Source: an uncultured virus (IMG/VR IMGVR_UViG_3300020183_000055) (lineage: Duplodnaviria > Heunggongvirae > Uroviricota > Caudoviricetes). Taken from it: a DNA stretch of 64,000 bases. Below the pieces are notes generated by a model, which was given only the letters and a program-made list of their open reading frames with translations, searched no databases and was not told the DNA's origin. Within the stretch, counting starts at the first letter, position 1; each line of letters starts with the position of its first letter. The position numbers and the translations under genes were made by a program. Location of the stretch: positions 1-64,000 of the IMG/VR virus record IMGVR_UViG_3300020183_000055. One strand, given 5' to 3'. Below are positions 1-9,182 of this stretch, piece by piece.

Positions 1-31
1 AAAAAACCCGACCTGAATTGGGCCGGGTTTT
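1..31 (-). terminator. Rho-independent terminator downstream of the small lipoprotein gene
   Basis: Imperfect GC hairpin AAAACCCGACC...GGGCCGGGTTTT with A/T tracts on both sides. Confidence 0.65.
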
Positions 32-45
32 AAGCTTGTCCGGAA

Positions 46-204
46 TTACTGGGCCGCAACGATTGAATCTACGGAGGTGGTGTCCGCCGATTCAACTACA
101 GTAGAATCCACTGTTGTCTCCTCGGAAGGAGCAGTTTCTTCTGCGGGGGTAGAACAAGAGCTCAGAATAAAAGCCGAGACAAGCAAGAAAAACAAAATTT
201 TCAT
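46..204 (-). CDS. Small lipoprotein
   Basis: Likely start MKILFF at 204, a hydrophobic stretch, lipobox ILSSC, then an acidic/Thr-rich tail. Confidence 0.6.
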   Translation of the reverse strand: MKILFFLLVSAFILSSCSTPAEETAPSEETTVDSTVVESADTTSVDSIVAAQ

Positions 205-263
205 TTTTTTGGTTTTGAGTTTCAAATTATATATTTGAATTGATGAAATGTTCCATGTGAAAT

Positions 264-1628
264 TCAATCTCCAAAATTTTCCAAGAAAAATTTTAAATCT
301 TCAGGAGTACCAAGTCCCCACATTTTTTGAATCTCGTAATTAATAATTTTTTTCCCATCTTTTATGGCCTGGTTGAAAACAGGGCAAACATAAAATTCCC
401 CATTGACTCTAATTTCCTTTTGTATCATAGATTCTGCATATTTAACAAAATCTGAACCTTTTTTCCAAAAATAAAATCCTACAGTAGCTACGTTAGAAAT
501 TGGGTTTTTTTCTGCTACTTCTGTTACCAATCCACTAGAATCTAATTTAGCAAAAGACCACTTGGGATGTGTGGCTTCAAAGGTGACCATTCCGCCATCA
601 GCCTGTGTTTCGTTCATTTTGTACATGAACTCTATGGAATCCCATTCCACAAATTGATCAGAGTTGGCAAAAAAGAGAGGTTGGTCGTTATCAATAAAAG
701 ATTTGGCCAGTAGAGCGGTACAAGCTGCTCCCTCCGTAATTCCTCCCGTTTCAACAATATCACATCCCGGTGCAATCAATTTTAACAATGAATCCAAATT
801 GTAAGTTTCCCTGTGTGATTTTTGAACAACAAAAATGTAATGTGCATCCAAATTTAAATTTTCGACAACCACCTGAATCATCGGTTTCCCATTTACCTCA
901 ATCAGAGGCTTTGGGAAAGTGTAACCAGCTTGTTGGAATCTACTTCCCGCTCCAGCCATGGGAATCAAAACATTTAACTTTTCTTCCTTCCACTTATGGA
1001 TGATTTTGTTTTTTGATTTATTTATTTTTTCTATGTTAGATTGTATATTTTTTAAAGTTACTTCTTCTGGTCCGGAAACTCGAAGAACATTGGAATTGCT
1101 ACGTGAAGCTGCCAATAACCCATACGGCGAATCTTCAACGATTAAAGTTTCTTCTGGGGTAAAACCGAAGGAAGAAATAGCGGACCAATAAATTTCTGGA
1201 TGGGGCTTGCTATTTCTAACATCCTCGTTAGATAAAATTAAATCAAGAAATTCTATAATTCCCAACTTTGACGTGGTGATCAAAACCGTTTTTCGAATTG
1301 AGTTGGAACAAACCGCTATCTTATAATCGGAATTTGAAAGAGATTGGAAAAGATGAATTAATTTATGATCTTGATTTAGGTTCTTTAAGTACTGTGCTGT
1401 CAATTTTTGTTTTTTCTCCCAAATTGATTTATGTTCAGAAGGATTTAAATTCTTTTCCCGCGTTAGAATATCTAATTTTTGATTTGTTTTCAAACCATCA
1501 AATTTTGCAAGATGTTCTTCCCATGAAATTAAGAATTGAGGACCCAAGGCCTCGTTCAAAGTATCGAAGTGCAACTTTTTAGAATTTAAAAGAACACCGT
1601 CAAGATCGAAAATAATTAATTTTATCAT
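264..1628 (-). CDS. HAD-family phosphatase fused to a sugar nucleotidyltransferase (NTP_transferase) domain
   Basis: N-terminal FDLDGVL, KPHPEIY and VEDS HAD motifs; C-terminal LIPMAGAGSRF...PKPLI nucleotidyltransferase signature. Confidence 0.85.
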   Translation of the reverse strand: MIKLIIFDLDGVLLNSKKLHFDTLNEALGPQFLISWEEHLAKFDGLKTNQKLDILTREKNLNPSEHKSIWEKKQKLTAQYLKNLNQDHKLIHLFQSLSNSDYKIAVCSNSIRKTVLITTSKLGIIEFLDLILSNEDVRNSKPHPEIYWSAISSFGFTPEETLIVEDSPYGLLAASRSNSNVLRVSGPEEVTLKNIQSNIEKINKSKNKIIHKWKEEKLNVLIPMAGAGSRFQQAGYTFPKPLIEVNGKPMIQVVVENLNLDAHYIFVVQKSHRETYNLDSLLKLIAPGCDIVETGGITEGAACTALLAKSFIDNDQPLFFANSDQFVEWDSIEFMYKMNETQADGGMVTFEATHPKWSFAKLDSSGLVTEVAEKNPISNVATVGFYFWKKGSDFVKYAESMIQKEIRVNGEFYVCPVFNQAIKDGKKIINYEIQKMWGLGTPEDLKFFLENFGD

Positions 1629-1640
1629 TCTGAATTTTAA

Positions 1641-1886
1641 TTAGGTGGAAGAAGATCCATATTCCATTTCAAGATAAGACATTTCAATTTCTGCTTTTTT
1701 CTGGTCATATCCAAATTCACTACGAATCAAATTAACTCCATATTGTCTCCACTCGGAAAGTAATTCTCCTTTTAATGGAAAATTCAAATTCCAATAAGGA
1801 TCTCTACTTAAAACTTCTTGTTTTAGATCAAGATAAATTCTGTGTCTCTCTTTGAGAGCTGTAAAAATTTTGGATTTGTTTGACAT
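1641..1886 (-). CDS. Hypothetical protein
   Basis: 81-aa ORF packed in tandem with its neighbours. Confidence 0.55.
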   Translation of the reverse strand: MSNKSKIFTALKERHRIYLDLKQEVLSRDPYWNLNFPLKGELLSEWRQYGVNLIRSEFGYDQKKAEIEMSYLEMEYGSSST

Positions 1887-1986
1887 AGAAATATGAATTA
1901 TAATTTTATTGTAATTTTAGTGATTTGTGATTCTGTTTTTTCTTTTGTTTAAATTTTCCAATCTTTTTCAGTTATTTTATTTGTAT

Positions 1987-2670
1987 TTATTGTTGATTTA
2001 CGAAATAAAACATCGTCTGATATTCCCCATTATTATTTACGTCCCAATAAAAAGAATGTCTAACTTTTCCTGGTATAAAGAAATTTTCATTACGGGCAGG
2101 GTCGTGCATCTCCACTGCTATTTTGTTGATTTTATTTAGGATTGATTCATCCAAATTTAAAAGTAAATCATATTCACCTCCTTCTATGTCACACTTTAAA
2201 AAATCAATTTTTTCCAAATTGAAAATTTTGAAAACATCCTCAATCTGCAAATAAAGAGGATTGTGTTTTGGCGACCATACATTTGTGGGTTCTAAAGATT
2301 TTCCCAAAATAGAAGCATTTAAATATTTTACATTGTCGTGTTCTTTTGTATTTTCAACAAGACAAGAAAAAATTTCATAACCTCCCTCTATTGCTATTAC
2401 TTCTTTACATTTTTTTGCAGCTAGGTGGGTGAAAAAACCTACATTTGCTCCCAAATCAACCACCACGTCACCCGAATCTAGTTTGCAACCCCACATTTCA
2501 TAAATGCAGTTAGTTTCGGAATATTCCCATCCATAAATTTCTTTAAAGAAAAATTCATAATGAATAAAATGGTTGGAACTTAAAACAAAATCAAGATTTT
2601 GATTCCAATAGTAATTGGATTTATCCGAATAAAGTTTCCAATCTTTTCCCGTCATTTTATTTGTATTCAT
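1987..2670 (-). CDS. FkbM-family SAM-dependent methyltransferase
   Basis: VVDLGANVGFF and IDFLKCDIEGGEY motifs; ATG at 2670 overlaps the upstream TGA. Confidence 0.8.
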   Translation of the reverse strand: MNTNKMTGKDWKLYSDKSNYYWNQNLDFVLSSNHFIHYEFFFKEIYGWEYSETNCIYEMWGCKLDSGDVVVDLGANVGFFTHLAAKKCKEVIAIEGGYEIFSCLVENTKEHDNVKYLNASILGKSLEPTNVWSPKHNPLYLQIEDVFKIFNLEKIDFLKCDIEGGEYDLLLNLDESILNKINKIAVEMHDPARNENFFIPGKVRHSFYWDVNNNGEYQTMFYFVNQQ

Positions 2671-3092
2671 TTTTGGCTGTCCCCTTTCCAAACCCGATAT
2701 GAATCCTCGTCAAAGTGTTGAGTAGAAACCTCGAAAATTATTCCATCTGTTATTGCCTCCAATTGATGTGGCTGGCCGGGCATTTGCCGAACTGAATCAC
2801 CTTTTTCTAATCTTGTTTCACCAACTTCGGCATTTCTGGTGTCGATATATCTATATAAAAAAGTTCCCTCTTGTACATACCAAGTTTCATCTTTGATCAA
2901 ATGATAGTGCATTGAAAATTTGGCTTCAGCCTTAAAACAAAGAAGTTTTCCACAATAAAGTTCGTTGTTTTCAAAGACGACCTCATATCCCCATCCTTTA
3001 GGAACGTTACAGCTAGGACATTCGATCACATTGAAAATATGAGGAGGTCGCATTTCAACAGGACCGACTGGTGGATTTGGAAGTCTAGCCAT
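2667..3092 (-). CDS. Cupin-domain protein (sugar isomerase-like)
   Basis: PKGWGYE, FSMHYHLIKDETWYV and PGQPHQL...EVSTQH cupin motifs. Confidence 0.75.
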   Translation of the reverse strand: MARLPNPPVGPVEMRPPHIFNVIECPSCNVPKGWGYEVVFENNELYCGKLLCFKAEAKFSMHYHLIKDETWYVQEGTFLYRYIDTRNAEVGETRLEKGDSVRQMPGQPHQLEAITDGIIFEVSTQHFDEDSYRVWKGDSQK

Positions 3093-3183
3093 TGTGATTT
3101 CAAAATTTGATATATAATTTTATGTACTTTATGGAAAAGTTTTCGGAGTTTGGGTTATATTTGTGTAAATAATTTTCAAATCT

Positions 3184-3390
3184 GTGGAATTATCTAAATA
3201 CATAAATCAGTTAAAATCTTTAATTTTATCTTTGGAATTATCTAACTCCGAGGAAGAAAAAAGTCAAATTTTGAAAAATATGAAAGATCTGTGCGAAAAA
3301 ATTTCTGATGAAATAGAAAAAAATCAAGCAACTACAGATTTGATTATTTCTCAACTTAAACAAGAAAATTCGAGATTAAACAGGATTTAG
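3184..3390 (+). CDS. Hypothetical coiled-coil protein
   Basis: 68-aa ORF with GTG start that fills the gap between genes. Confidence 0.45.
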   Translation: MELSKYINQLKSLILSLELSNSEEEKSQILKNMKDLCEKISDEIEKNQATTDLIISQLKQENSRLNRI

Positions 3391-3391
3391 A

Positions 3392-4360
3392 TTACCTCCA
3401 TTCTATTTTAGTAGATCCAACCCAAAAATCATACATTTCTTTATTCGATAAATCTATTTCTTCTATTTTTTCCTCGTATTCAATTTTAATTTTTTCTGGA
3501 TTACCAATTTTTCTCAAAATCCAGGTTTGGGAATTTATTTCAATTTCTTCTCTAATAGAGTCTAATGTCAAGTTCAATTTTATGCAATTTGGGCTAACGT
3601 TGTAACAAAAAAAATCCAAATTCTCTGGACCTTCCTGATAGAAACAGATTTCTAAACTCTTATTCAATTTATCGCGAGAAATTCTGTTTTCAAGTCCCAA
3701 ATTTTCCTTTTCTATACGATGTATTTTTTCCGGTTGAAAAAATGTTTCCGTAACTCTTTCCCCGCAAAAATCATAAGACCGGATCAGATCAAATAAATCT
3801 TCGGTTTGTAAAAAAAGAATTTTATTCTTTAATGAACTGATTCTGAAAGAAAAGAAATTTCCAAGCAAATGATTAATTGGATCTTTTTTTTGCCAAAAAC
3901 AAACTAAATCTGTATCTAAATCTTTTGTTAATATTTCATAAAATTGGTTGGAGACTTCATTTTTCCAATTATAATCATATTCAATATAATGAAGAATATC
4001 ATACCCAAAAGATTTTGCCATCAAAGTCCCTCTCTGTAACAATTTCAAACAGGCTATTCCATAATTATCAGTATTTCCCCACAAAAAATTAGAAGATGAA
4101 ATTTTAAAATTACCAAAATTCCAAAAGTAAAAATTTCTATGACCATATCCTTCCGTATGAATTTTATATTTAGGAATTAAATAGTTATCTGAATCATAAA
4201 CATAGAATTTAGATTCTTTGGTCAGAAATTCAGGGATTGGAGAATGGCTAACAATCGCAAATTCCTTTTTTTCCTTTCTTAAATTTCCTATGAGCTCACT
4301 GATAAAAGAAAGCTGGATTTCATCAGAAATGTGTGCGGCAACAAGAAAAATTTCTTTCAT
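3392..4360 (-). CDS. Hypothetical protein, possibly glycosyltransferase-like
   Basis: 322 aa; IVSHSPIPE, YVYDSDN and ILHYIEYD resemble GT-A-like phage proteins; lies in the glyco-gene context. Confidence 0.45.
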   Translation of the reverse strand: MKEIFLVAAHISDEIQLSFISELIGNLRKEKKEFAIVSHSPIPEFLTKESKFYVYDSDNYLIPKYKIHTEGYGHRNFYFWNFGNFKISSSNFLWGNTDNYGIACLKLLQRGTLMAKSFGYDILHYIEYDYNWKNEVSNQFYEILTKDLDTDLVCFWQKKDPINHLLGNFFSFRISSLKNKILFLQTEDLFDLIRSYDFCGERVTETFFQPEKIHRIEKENLGLENRISRDKLNKSLEICFYQEGPENLDFFCYNVSPNCIKLNLTLDSIREEIEINSQTWILRKIGNPEKIKIEYEEKIEEIDLSNKEMYDFWVGSTKIEWR

Positions 4361-4374
4361 CTAATTAAGATTAG

Positions 4375-4447
4375 AGCGGGAGACGAGGTTCGAACCCGCG
4401 ACCTACAGCTTGGAAGGCTGTCGCTCTACCAACTGAGCTACTCCCGC
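4375..4447 (-). tRNA. trnG: tRNA-Gly (TCC)
   Basis: GCGGGAGTAGCTCAGTTGGTAGAGC; anticodon arm CAGC-CTTCCAA-GCTG; T-loop GTTCGAAC; no encoded CCA. Confidence 0.95.
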
Positions 4448-4453
4448 TTGGTG

Positions 4454-4540
4454 CGGGGGCTCAGGGATTCGAACCCCGGTTACGGTTCCCCGTAAAACAG
4501 TTTTCAAGACTGTCGCATTCGACCGCTCTGCCAAACCTCC
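4454..4540 (-). tRNA. trnS: tRNA-Ser (TGA)
   Basis: GGAGGTTTGGCAGAGCGGTCGAATGC; anticodon arm ACAGT-CTTGAAA-ACTGT; long variable arm; GTTCGAATC T-loop. Confidence 0.9.
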
Positions 4541-4581
4541 GTTTTTGTTTTTATGTGTATTCAAGTAAAAGTTTCTTTTAT

Positions 4582-6195
4582 TCAATCTAATTTTGAAAAA
4601 ATTAAATTTCCTATGACCAACTCATCAACAATTCCCGTTTCAAGATGTGCAAAAGCTTCCGATGGTTTACAAACAATTGGCTCTTCGTGTACATTGAATG
4701 ATGTGTTCAAAAGTAAAGGAATTCCGGTCAACAAATAAAATTCATTGATAATCTCGTGAAATTTTGGATTGTTTTCAAATTTAACAATTTGTGCTCTGGC
4801 GGTTTTATCAATCGGATGAACCACCGCTGGGATCCTATCTATCCAATCCGGTTTAGTGTTATAAAGCATAGTCATAAATTCTCCGGTATAATTAGATTTG
4901 GAGCATTCGAAAATTTCTTGTGCTTTTTCGAATAAAACCGATGGAGCAAAAGGCATGAAATCATTCCTTTGAAGTCTATCATTAACCTTCTTGTAAGTCG
5001 AATTCAAACCAGGATGCGCCAAAATACTTCTATTACCTAATGCTCTAGGACCATGTTCATATCCATCTTGAAAAAAACCAATAATCTTTCCCTCGGATAA
5101 GGACTTTGCAACATCCGAAACCACATATTTCTTGGCCCCAAATTTCCGATTATCCCATTGGGAAATTACCTCATCAGACGAAAAAGAACTTCCCCAAAAT
5201 ACATTTTGTATTTTTCTCGGCCTGAAGTCAGAATTTATTTTTCTGTATGCACCAATACAAGATCCCACAGAAATACCTTCGTCTGACATTGGTGGCATGA
5301 CAAAAACCTCATCCACCCAATCCAGATCATTCAGTCTTTTATTTACTTTGATGTTTGCAAAAACACCGCCGGATAAAACCAATTTTCTAGCAAAGGGAAA
5401 TTCAGAATGCAAACTTTCAACAATCTCCACTATTCTATTTTCGAAAGCCAATTGTGCGTTGTATGCCAAATCTTGTTTTTCATTTTTCCAAAATCTACCT
5501 CCAATCAAATTGTAAAAATTTTGATTCAAAGTTTTGACCATCTGGTCCAAAGAAATAAATCTTGTGTGATAACCTTCTCCCCTAATTAGGTCATAAAAAA
5601 GGTCATAATAATTCTGGTTAAATTTGCCATGTGATGACATGCCAACTACTTTACCCTCATCCTTAACCCTTTTGAATTCTAAAAAATCGGTGACTATAGA
5701 ATAAAATAATCCTAAAGAAGCCATAGATCCCTCTTCGCCTACCCCCGAAATTTCAGAAATTAATAATAATTCGCCATTTTTACCCAAATAATATTTTCCT
5801 GATGCTCCAAAACCAGCCCCATCCAAAACTATATTCAAACAATCTTCTTCGAATCCGCTGAAATAATATGCTCCCAAAGCATGACACTCGTGATGGTCAA
5901 ATTTAAAAAATTTGTTTGGATCTTGAAAGGAAATACCTACACAAGACAAAACATATTGTATTTCTTCAAATGAATTATGGGATGATACTAGGTCAATATC
6001 TTCCCATTTTATTCCAATCCTGCCAAACAATTCATTTAAGGACATCTGTGGAAATCTGAACCAATTATTATAAAAGTCAACATACGGTTTAACTCTAGAA
6101 TGTCTTTCCTCCTCCAAGCAGAAAACGACTTTTCCGTTTTCCAGCAAGCTTATTGAACTAGAATGAGCTCCATAAGAAATTCCTAAAATTTTCAC
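4582..6195 (-). CDS. Carbamoyltransferase (NodU/CmcH family)
   Basis: EEERHSRVK, DHHECHA, EGKVVGMS, SGGVFANIKVN, EHGPRALGNRSIL and LLNTSFNVHEEPIV motifs. Confidence 0.9.
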   Translation of the reverse strand: MKILGISYGAHSSSISLLENGKVVFCLEEERHSRVKPYVDFYNNWFRFPQMSLNELFGRIGIKWEDIDLVSSHNSFEEIQYVLSCVGISFQDPNKFFKFDHHECHALGAYYFSGFEEDCLNIVLDGAGFGASGKYYLGKNGELLLISEISGVGEEGSMASLGLFYSIVTDFLEFKRVKDEGKVVGMSSHGKFNQNYYDLFYDLIRGEGYHTRFISLDQMVKTLNQNFYNLIGGRFWKNEKQDLAYNAQLAFENRIVEIVESLHSEFPFARKLVLSGGVFANIKVNKRLNDLDWVDEVFVMPPMSDEGISVGSCIGAYRKINSDFRPRKIQNVFWGSSFSSDEVISQWDNRKFGAKKYVVSDVAKSLSEGKIIGFFQDGYEHGPRALGNRSILAHPGLNSTYKKVNDRLQRNDFMPFAPSVLFEKAQEIFECSKSNYTGEFMTMLYNTKPDWIDRIPAVVHPIDKTARAQIVKFENNPKFHEIINEFYLLTGIPLLLNTSFNVHEEPIVCKPSEAFAHLETGIVDELVIGNLIFSKLD

Positions 6196-6210
6196 GATAT
6201 AAGTTTAAAT

Positions 6211-6660
6211 CAAGGCGTAGTTCTGCGATTTTATCCCCCTGTCTGGGAATTTTTTTTGTTTGAAATTTCGTTGAGCCTCATTTGGCTCAACTCGTAATTT
6301 GCATTCACCTGAGCCCAGAGCTTATCGCATCTGGAATCCAACTGCTTTTGTAAGGATTCGAATTGTTCTCTTCCCGATCTGATTCCGATTTCTTCTCGTT
6401 TATTGATTTCGTCGAGAACTTCATCGATCCGATTGTGGATGTAAGAATCATCGGAGTGTAAATTGTTCCTTGTAATTTCAATCTCTTTCATGACCGATTC
6501 GATGTGGCCGGAGATTTTGATTGTGATTTTTCGGTCTAAATCCGAATTCATCTTAAACACACCCGCCACGGTGACCAAGACCACCACGGTAAGCGCACCT
6601 AAAAGAAAATAAAATATTGCCATAATTTTTAAATTTTTTTTGAAGCAGAACTACGCCTTG
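6211..6660. repeat. Perfect 16-bp inverted repeat enclosing ORF 6231-6623
   Basis: CAAGGCGTAGTTCTGC (6211-6226) is the exact reverse complement of GCAGAACTACGCCTTG (6645-6660). Confidence 0.9.
6231..6623 (-). CDS. Membrane-anchored coiled-coil protein
   Basis: N-terminal hydrophobic helix MAIFYFLLGALTVVVLVTVAGVF followed by a helical region. Confidence 0.65.
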   Translation of the reverse strand: MAIFYFLLGALTVVVLVTVAGVFKMNSDLDRKITIKISGHIESVMKEIEITRNNLHSDDSYIHNRIDEVLDEINKREEIGIRSGREQFESLQKQLDSRCDKLWAQVNANYELSQMRLNEISNKKNSQTGG

Positions 6661-6715
6661 TTTTCTTATATCCCATAATTAAATTATGTTTCTTAGTACT
6701 TTCGAATCTTTTGAA

Positions 6716-6723
6716 GATATATA
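6716..6723 (+). promoter_or_regulatory. Putative late-promoter motif GATATATA
   Basis: 19 nt upstream of the ATG at 6743; the same motif recurs before many genes. Confidence 0.55.
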
Positions 6724-6742
6724 AGAAATAAAAAAAAATTCG

Positions 6743-9175
6743 ATGAAAAGATTAAGCAAATTATATTCAAAACGTTTGAGTGAAGCAAACGATGAATTCG
6801 AAAATGAGGATGGTAATGAGAATCGTCCCGAAGGCCAAGGCGGAGTAGGAGGAGGTACGGTTTGGAAAAGTTTTGGTGTTGATTTAACTGAAGAGGCAAG
6901 AGAGGGAAGAATAGATCCGGTGATAGGAAGAGAAAAAGAACTGGACCAAGTTTTACTCATTTTGGCTAGAAAAACAAAAGATAATCCAGTTTTGATTGGA
7001 GAGCCTGGGGTTGGAAAAACTGCCGTAGTAGAAAAACTAGCTTTACTCATGGCTAGTCCTCAATGTCCAAATTTCTTGAAAGGAACATCTTTATTAATGT
7101 TGAATTTAAATCAAGCCATGTCATCTCCTGCCTGGGGTCAGCTTCTGGAAGAGATAGAGTCAGAACCATTAATTTTGTTTATGGACGAAATTCATTCCTT
7201 AAGCGAAAAACTTTATGATCCTTTGAAACCTCTTCTTGCAAGAAGACAACTTCATTTAATTGGTGCTTCTACTTTGGGGGAATATAGAAATTCTATAGAA
7301 AAGGATGGAGCGATGGAAAGAAGATTCCAGAAGGTTATGGTAAATGAACCTTCTTACGAAGAATGTATGGAAATTTTGAGGGGAATTCAAAATAAATACG
7401 AGCAATTTCACAACGTAAAGTACACAGAAGAAGCTCTAGAATCATTTTATAAACTTTCACAAAGATACATCACCGACAGATTTTTGCCGGATAAAGCAAT
7501 CGATTTGATGGATGAAACGGGAGCAAAAATTCGAATGTCTGCCGGGGGAAACCCCAAAGCATTATCGCTGGAAGAAACCCGTCAAGATCTAATTAAACGT
7601 ATAGAATCTGAATCTAAAAAAGGAAACTATGATCTAGCAGCACAATTAGACGATGATAAAAGAGAAATCGAATCACAGCTAACACAAATGTCAAAAAATG
7701 GAGAAATGGGGGAGAGAGTAGATATTACCAGGGATATGGCTGAGGAATTGGTGGCTAAAAAGACAGGAATACCTGTTCAAACTATGAAGAAATCAGATAA
7801 AGCCTCTTTGAAAGAGCTTGCGAGGAATTTGAAGGCAAAAGTAATAGGACAGGACGATGCAGTTGATACTGTAGTGAAAACAGTTAGAAGAAATAGTGTT
7901 GGTTTGAAAGATCCAAACCGACCAGGGGGGGTTTTTTTATTTGTTGGACCCACCGGAACTGGTAAAACATACTTGGTCAAAAAATTAGCAGAGGAAATTT
8001 TTGGTTCCGAAAAAGCGATAATTCGTTTTGATATGGCTGAATTTGCAGCGGAACACGAAGGATCGAAATTAATAGGAGCCCCTCCTGGATTTGTTGGTTA
8101 TGGCCAGGGAGGCCAACTCACCGAAAAGGTAAGAAGACAACCATATTCTTTGATTTTACTTGATGAGATAGAAAAAGCTTCTAAAACAGTTTTGCAATCT
8201 CTTTTGGGCGTATTTGAAGATGGAAGAATGACGGATGGGGAAGGTAGAACTGTAGATTTTAAGAATACGGTTATTATAATGACATCAAACGCCGGTATGA
8301 AGCCTCAAGAAGATCCCAAATCGGCGGAAAGAACCAAAATCGGGGGATTTACTTCATCAAATTCAGAAAAATCTGGGGGAGGAGAAACGAAAGAACAGAT
8401 GAGGGAAAGGATCCTACAGGCATTGAAAACAGAAAAAAAATTCTCTCCAGAATTTTTAAATAGAATTGATGATATTGTGATCTTTCAACCAATATCAGAA
8501 GAAGCAATTAAAGGAATAGCAACAGCAGAATTGCAAAAAGTATCAGAAAGATTAAAAGACACTCAAAAGATTGAACTTGTTTGGGGTAATTCAGTTTATA
8601 AATTACTTGTTAAATATGGATTTGACCCAAGTATGGGAGCAAGACCTATGAAAAGAGCAATTAGAAGATATATCGAAGATCCAATTGCTTCTTATTTGAT
8701 TGAGGATGATGTGGAAGAAGGGACAAAGATCAAAGTTGATTATGACGTTGTTAAAGACGAACTAGTAATCAATGGGAAGCATCTTTCGGAAATTGTTCAG
8801 GAATCAAATACAAGATTCGTACAAAAGAAATTTTCTCTGTTTGAATCTAATTCATTCAGAAGAGTCACTAGTTTCTCGGAATTTAAATCTTCGAGAATTA
8901 ACGAGGCAGAACCAGCAAGACAACCAGAAAAAGAAGAGGAGAAGGAAACCCCTTACAAACCACAAGTTCCTACAAGACCGAAAAGAGATCCAAAGCCCCT
9001 ACCTCCTCCAGACCCTGGTCCGAAGCCAGAGCCAAAGCCTAACCCAAGACCAAGTCATATTCCATTAATTACACCTCCAGGACAGCGACAAGGGCCAGTG
9101 GCAAAAACAAAAAAACCAAACGAAATGGATGTGGTAAAAAGATATCTGAGAGAACTTAGAATGAGAAAAAAATAA
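6743..9175 (+). CDS. clpC: ClpC/ClpB-type AAA+ unfoldase lacking the N-domain, with a Pro-rich C-terminal extension
   Basis: DPVIGRE, GEPGVGKT, LFMDEIH and ERRFQKV (NBD1); short UVR-like middle domain; GPTGTGKT, LIGAPPGFVGY, LLDEIEKA, PEFLNRID and GARPMKR (NBD2). Confidence 0.85.
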   Translation: MKRLSKLYSKRLSEANDEFENEDGNENRPEGQGGVGGGTVWKSFGVDLTEEAREGRIDPVIGREKELDQVLLILARKTKDNPVLIGEPGVGKTAVVEKLALLMASPQCPNFLKGTSLLMLNLNQAMSSPAWGQLLEEIESEPLILFMDEIHSLSEKLYDPLKPLLARRQLHLIGASTLGEYRNSIEKDGAMERRFQKVMVNEPSYEECMEILRGIQNKYEQFHNVKYTEEALESFYKLSQRYITDRFLPDKAIDLMDETGAKIRMSAGGNPKALSLEETRQDLIKRIESESKKGNYDLAAQLDDDKREIESQLTQMSKNGEMGERVDITRDMAEELVAKKTGIPVQTMKKSDKASLKELARNLKAKVIGQDDAVDTVVKTVRRNSVGLKDPNRPGGVFLFVGPTGTGKTYLVKKLAEEIFGSEKAIIRFDMAEFAAEHEGSKLIGAPPGFVGYGQGGQLTEKVRRQPYSLILLDEIEKASKTVLQSLLGVFEDGRMTDGEGRTVDFKNTVIIMTSNAGMKPQEDPKSAERTKIGGFTSSNSEKSGGGETKEQMRERILQALKTEKKFSPEFLNRIDDIVIFQPISEEAIKGIATAELQKVSERLKDTQKIELVWGNSVYKLLVKYGFDPSMGARPMKRAIRRYIEDPIASYLIEDDVEEGTKIKVDYDVVKDELVINGKHLSEIVQESNTRFVQKKFSLFESNSFRRVTSFSEFKSSRINEAEPARQPEKEEEKETPYKPQVPTRPKRDPKPLPPPDPGPKPEPKPNPRPSHIPLITPPGQRQGPVAKTKKPNEMDVVKRYLRELRMRKK

Positions 9176-9182
9176 AAAACAG

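Noticed and set aside
4403..4585. 60-aa ORF in the track
   Set aside because: It overlies the two tRNA genes and is a spurious translation
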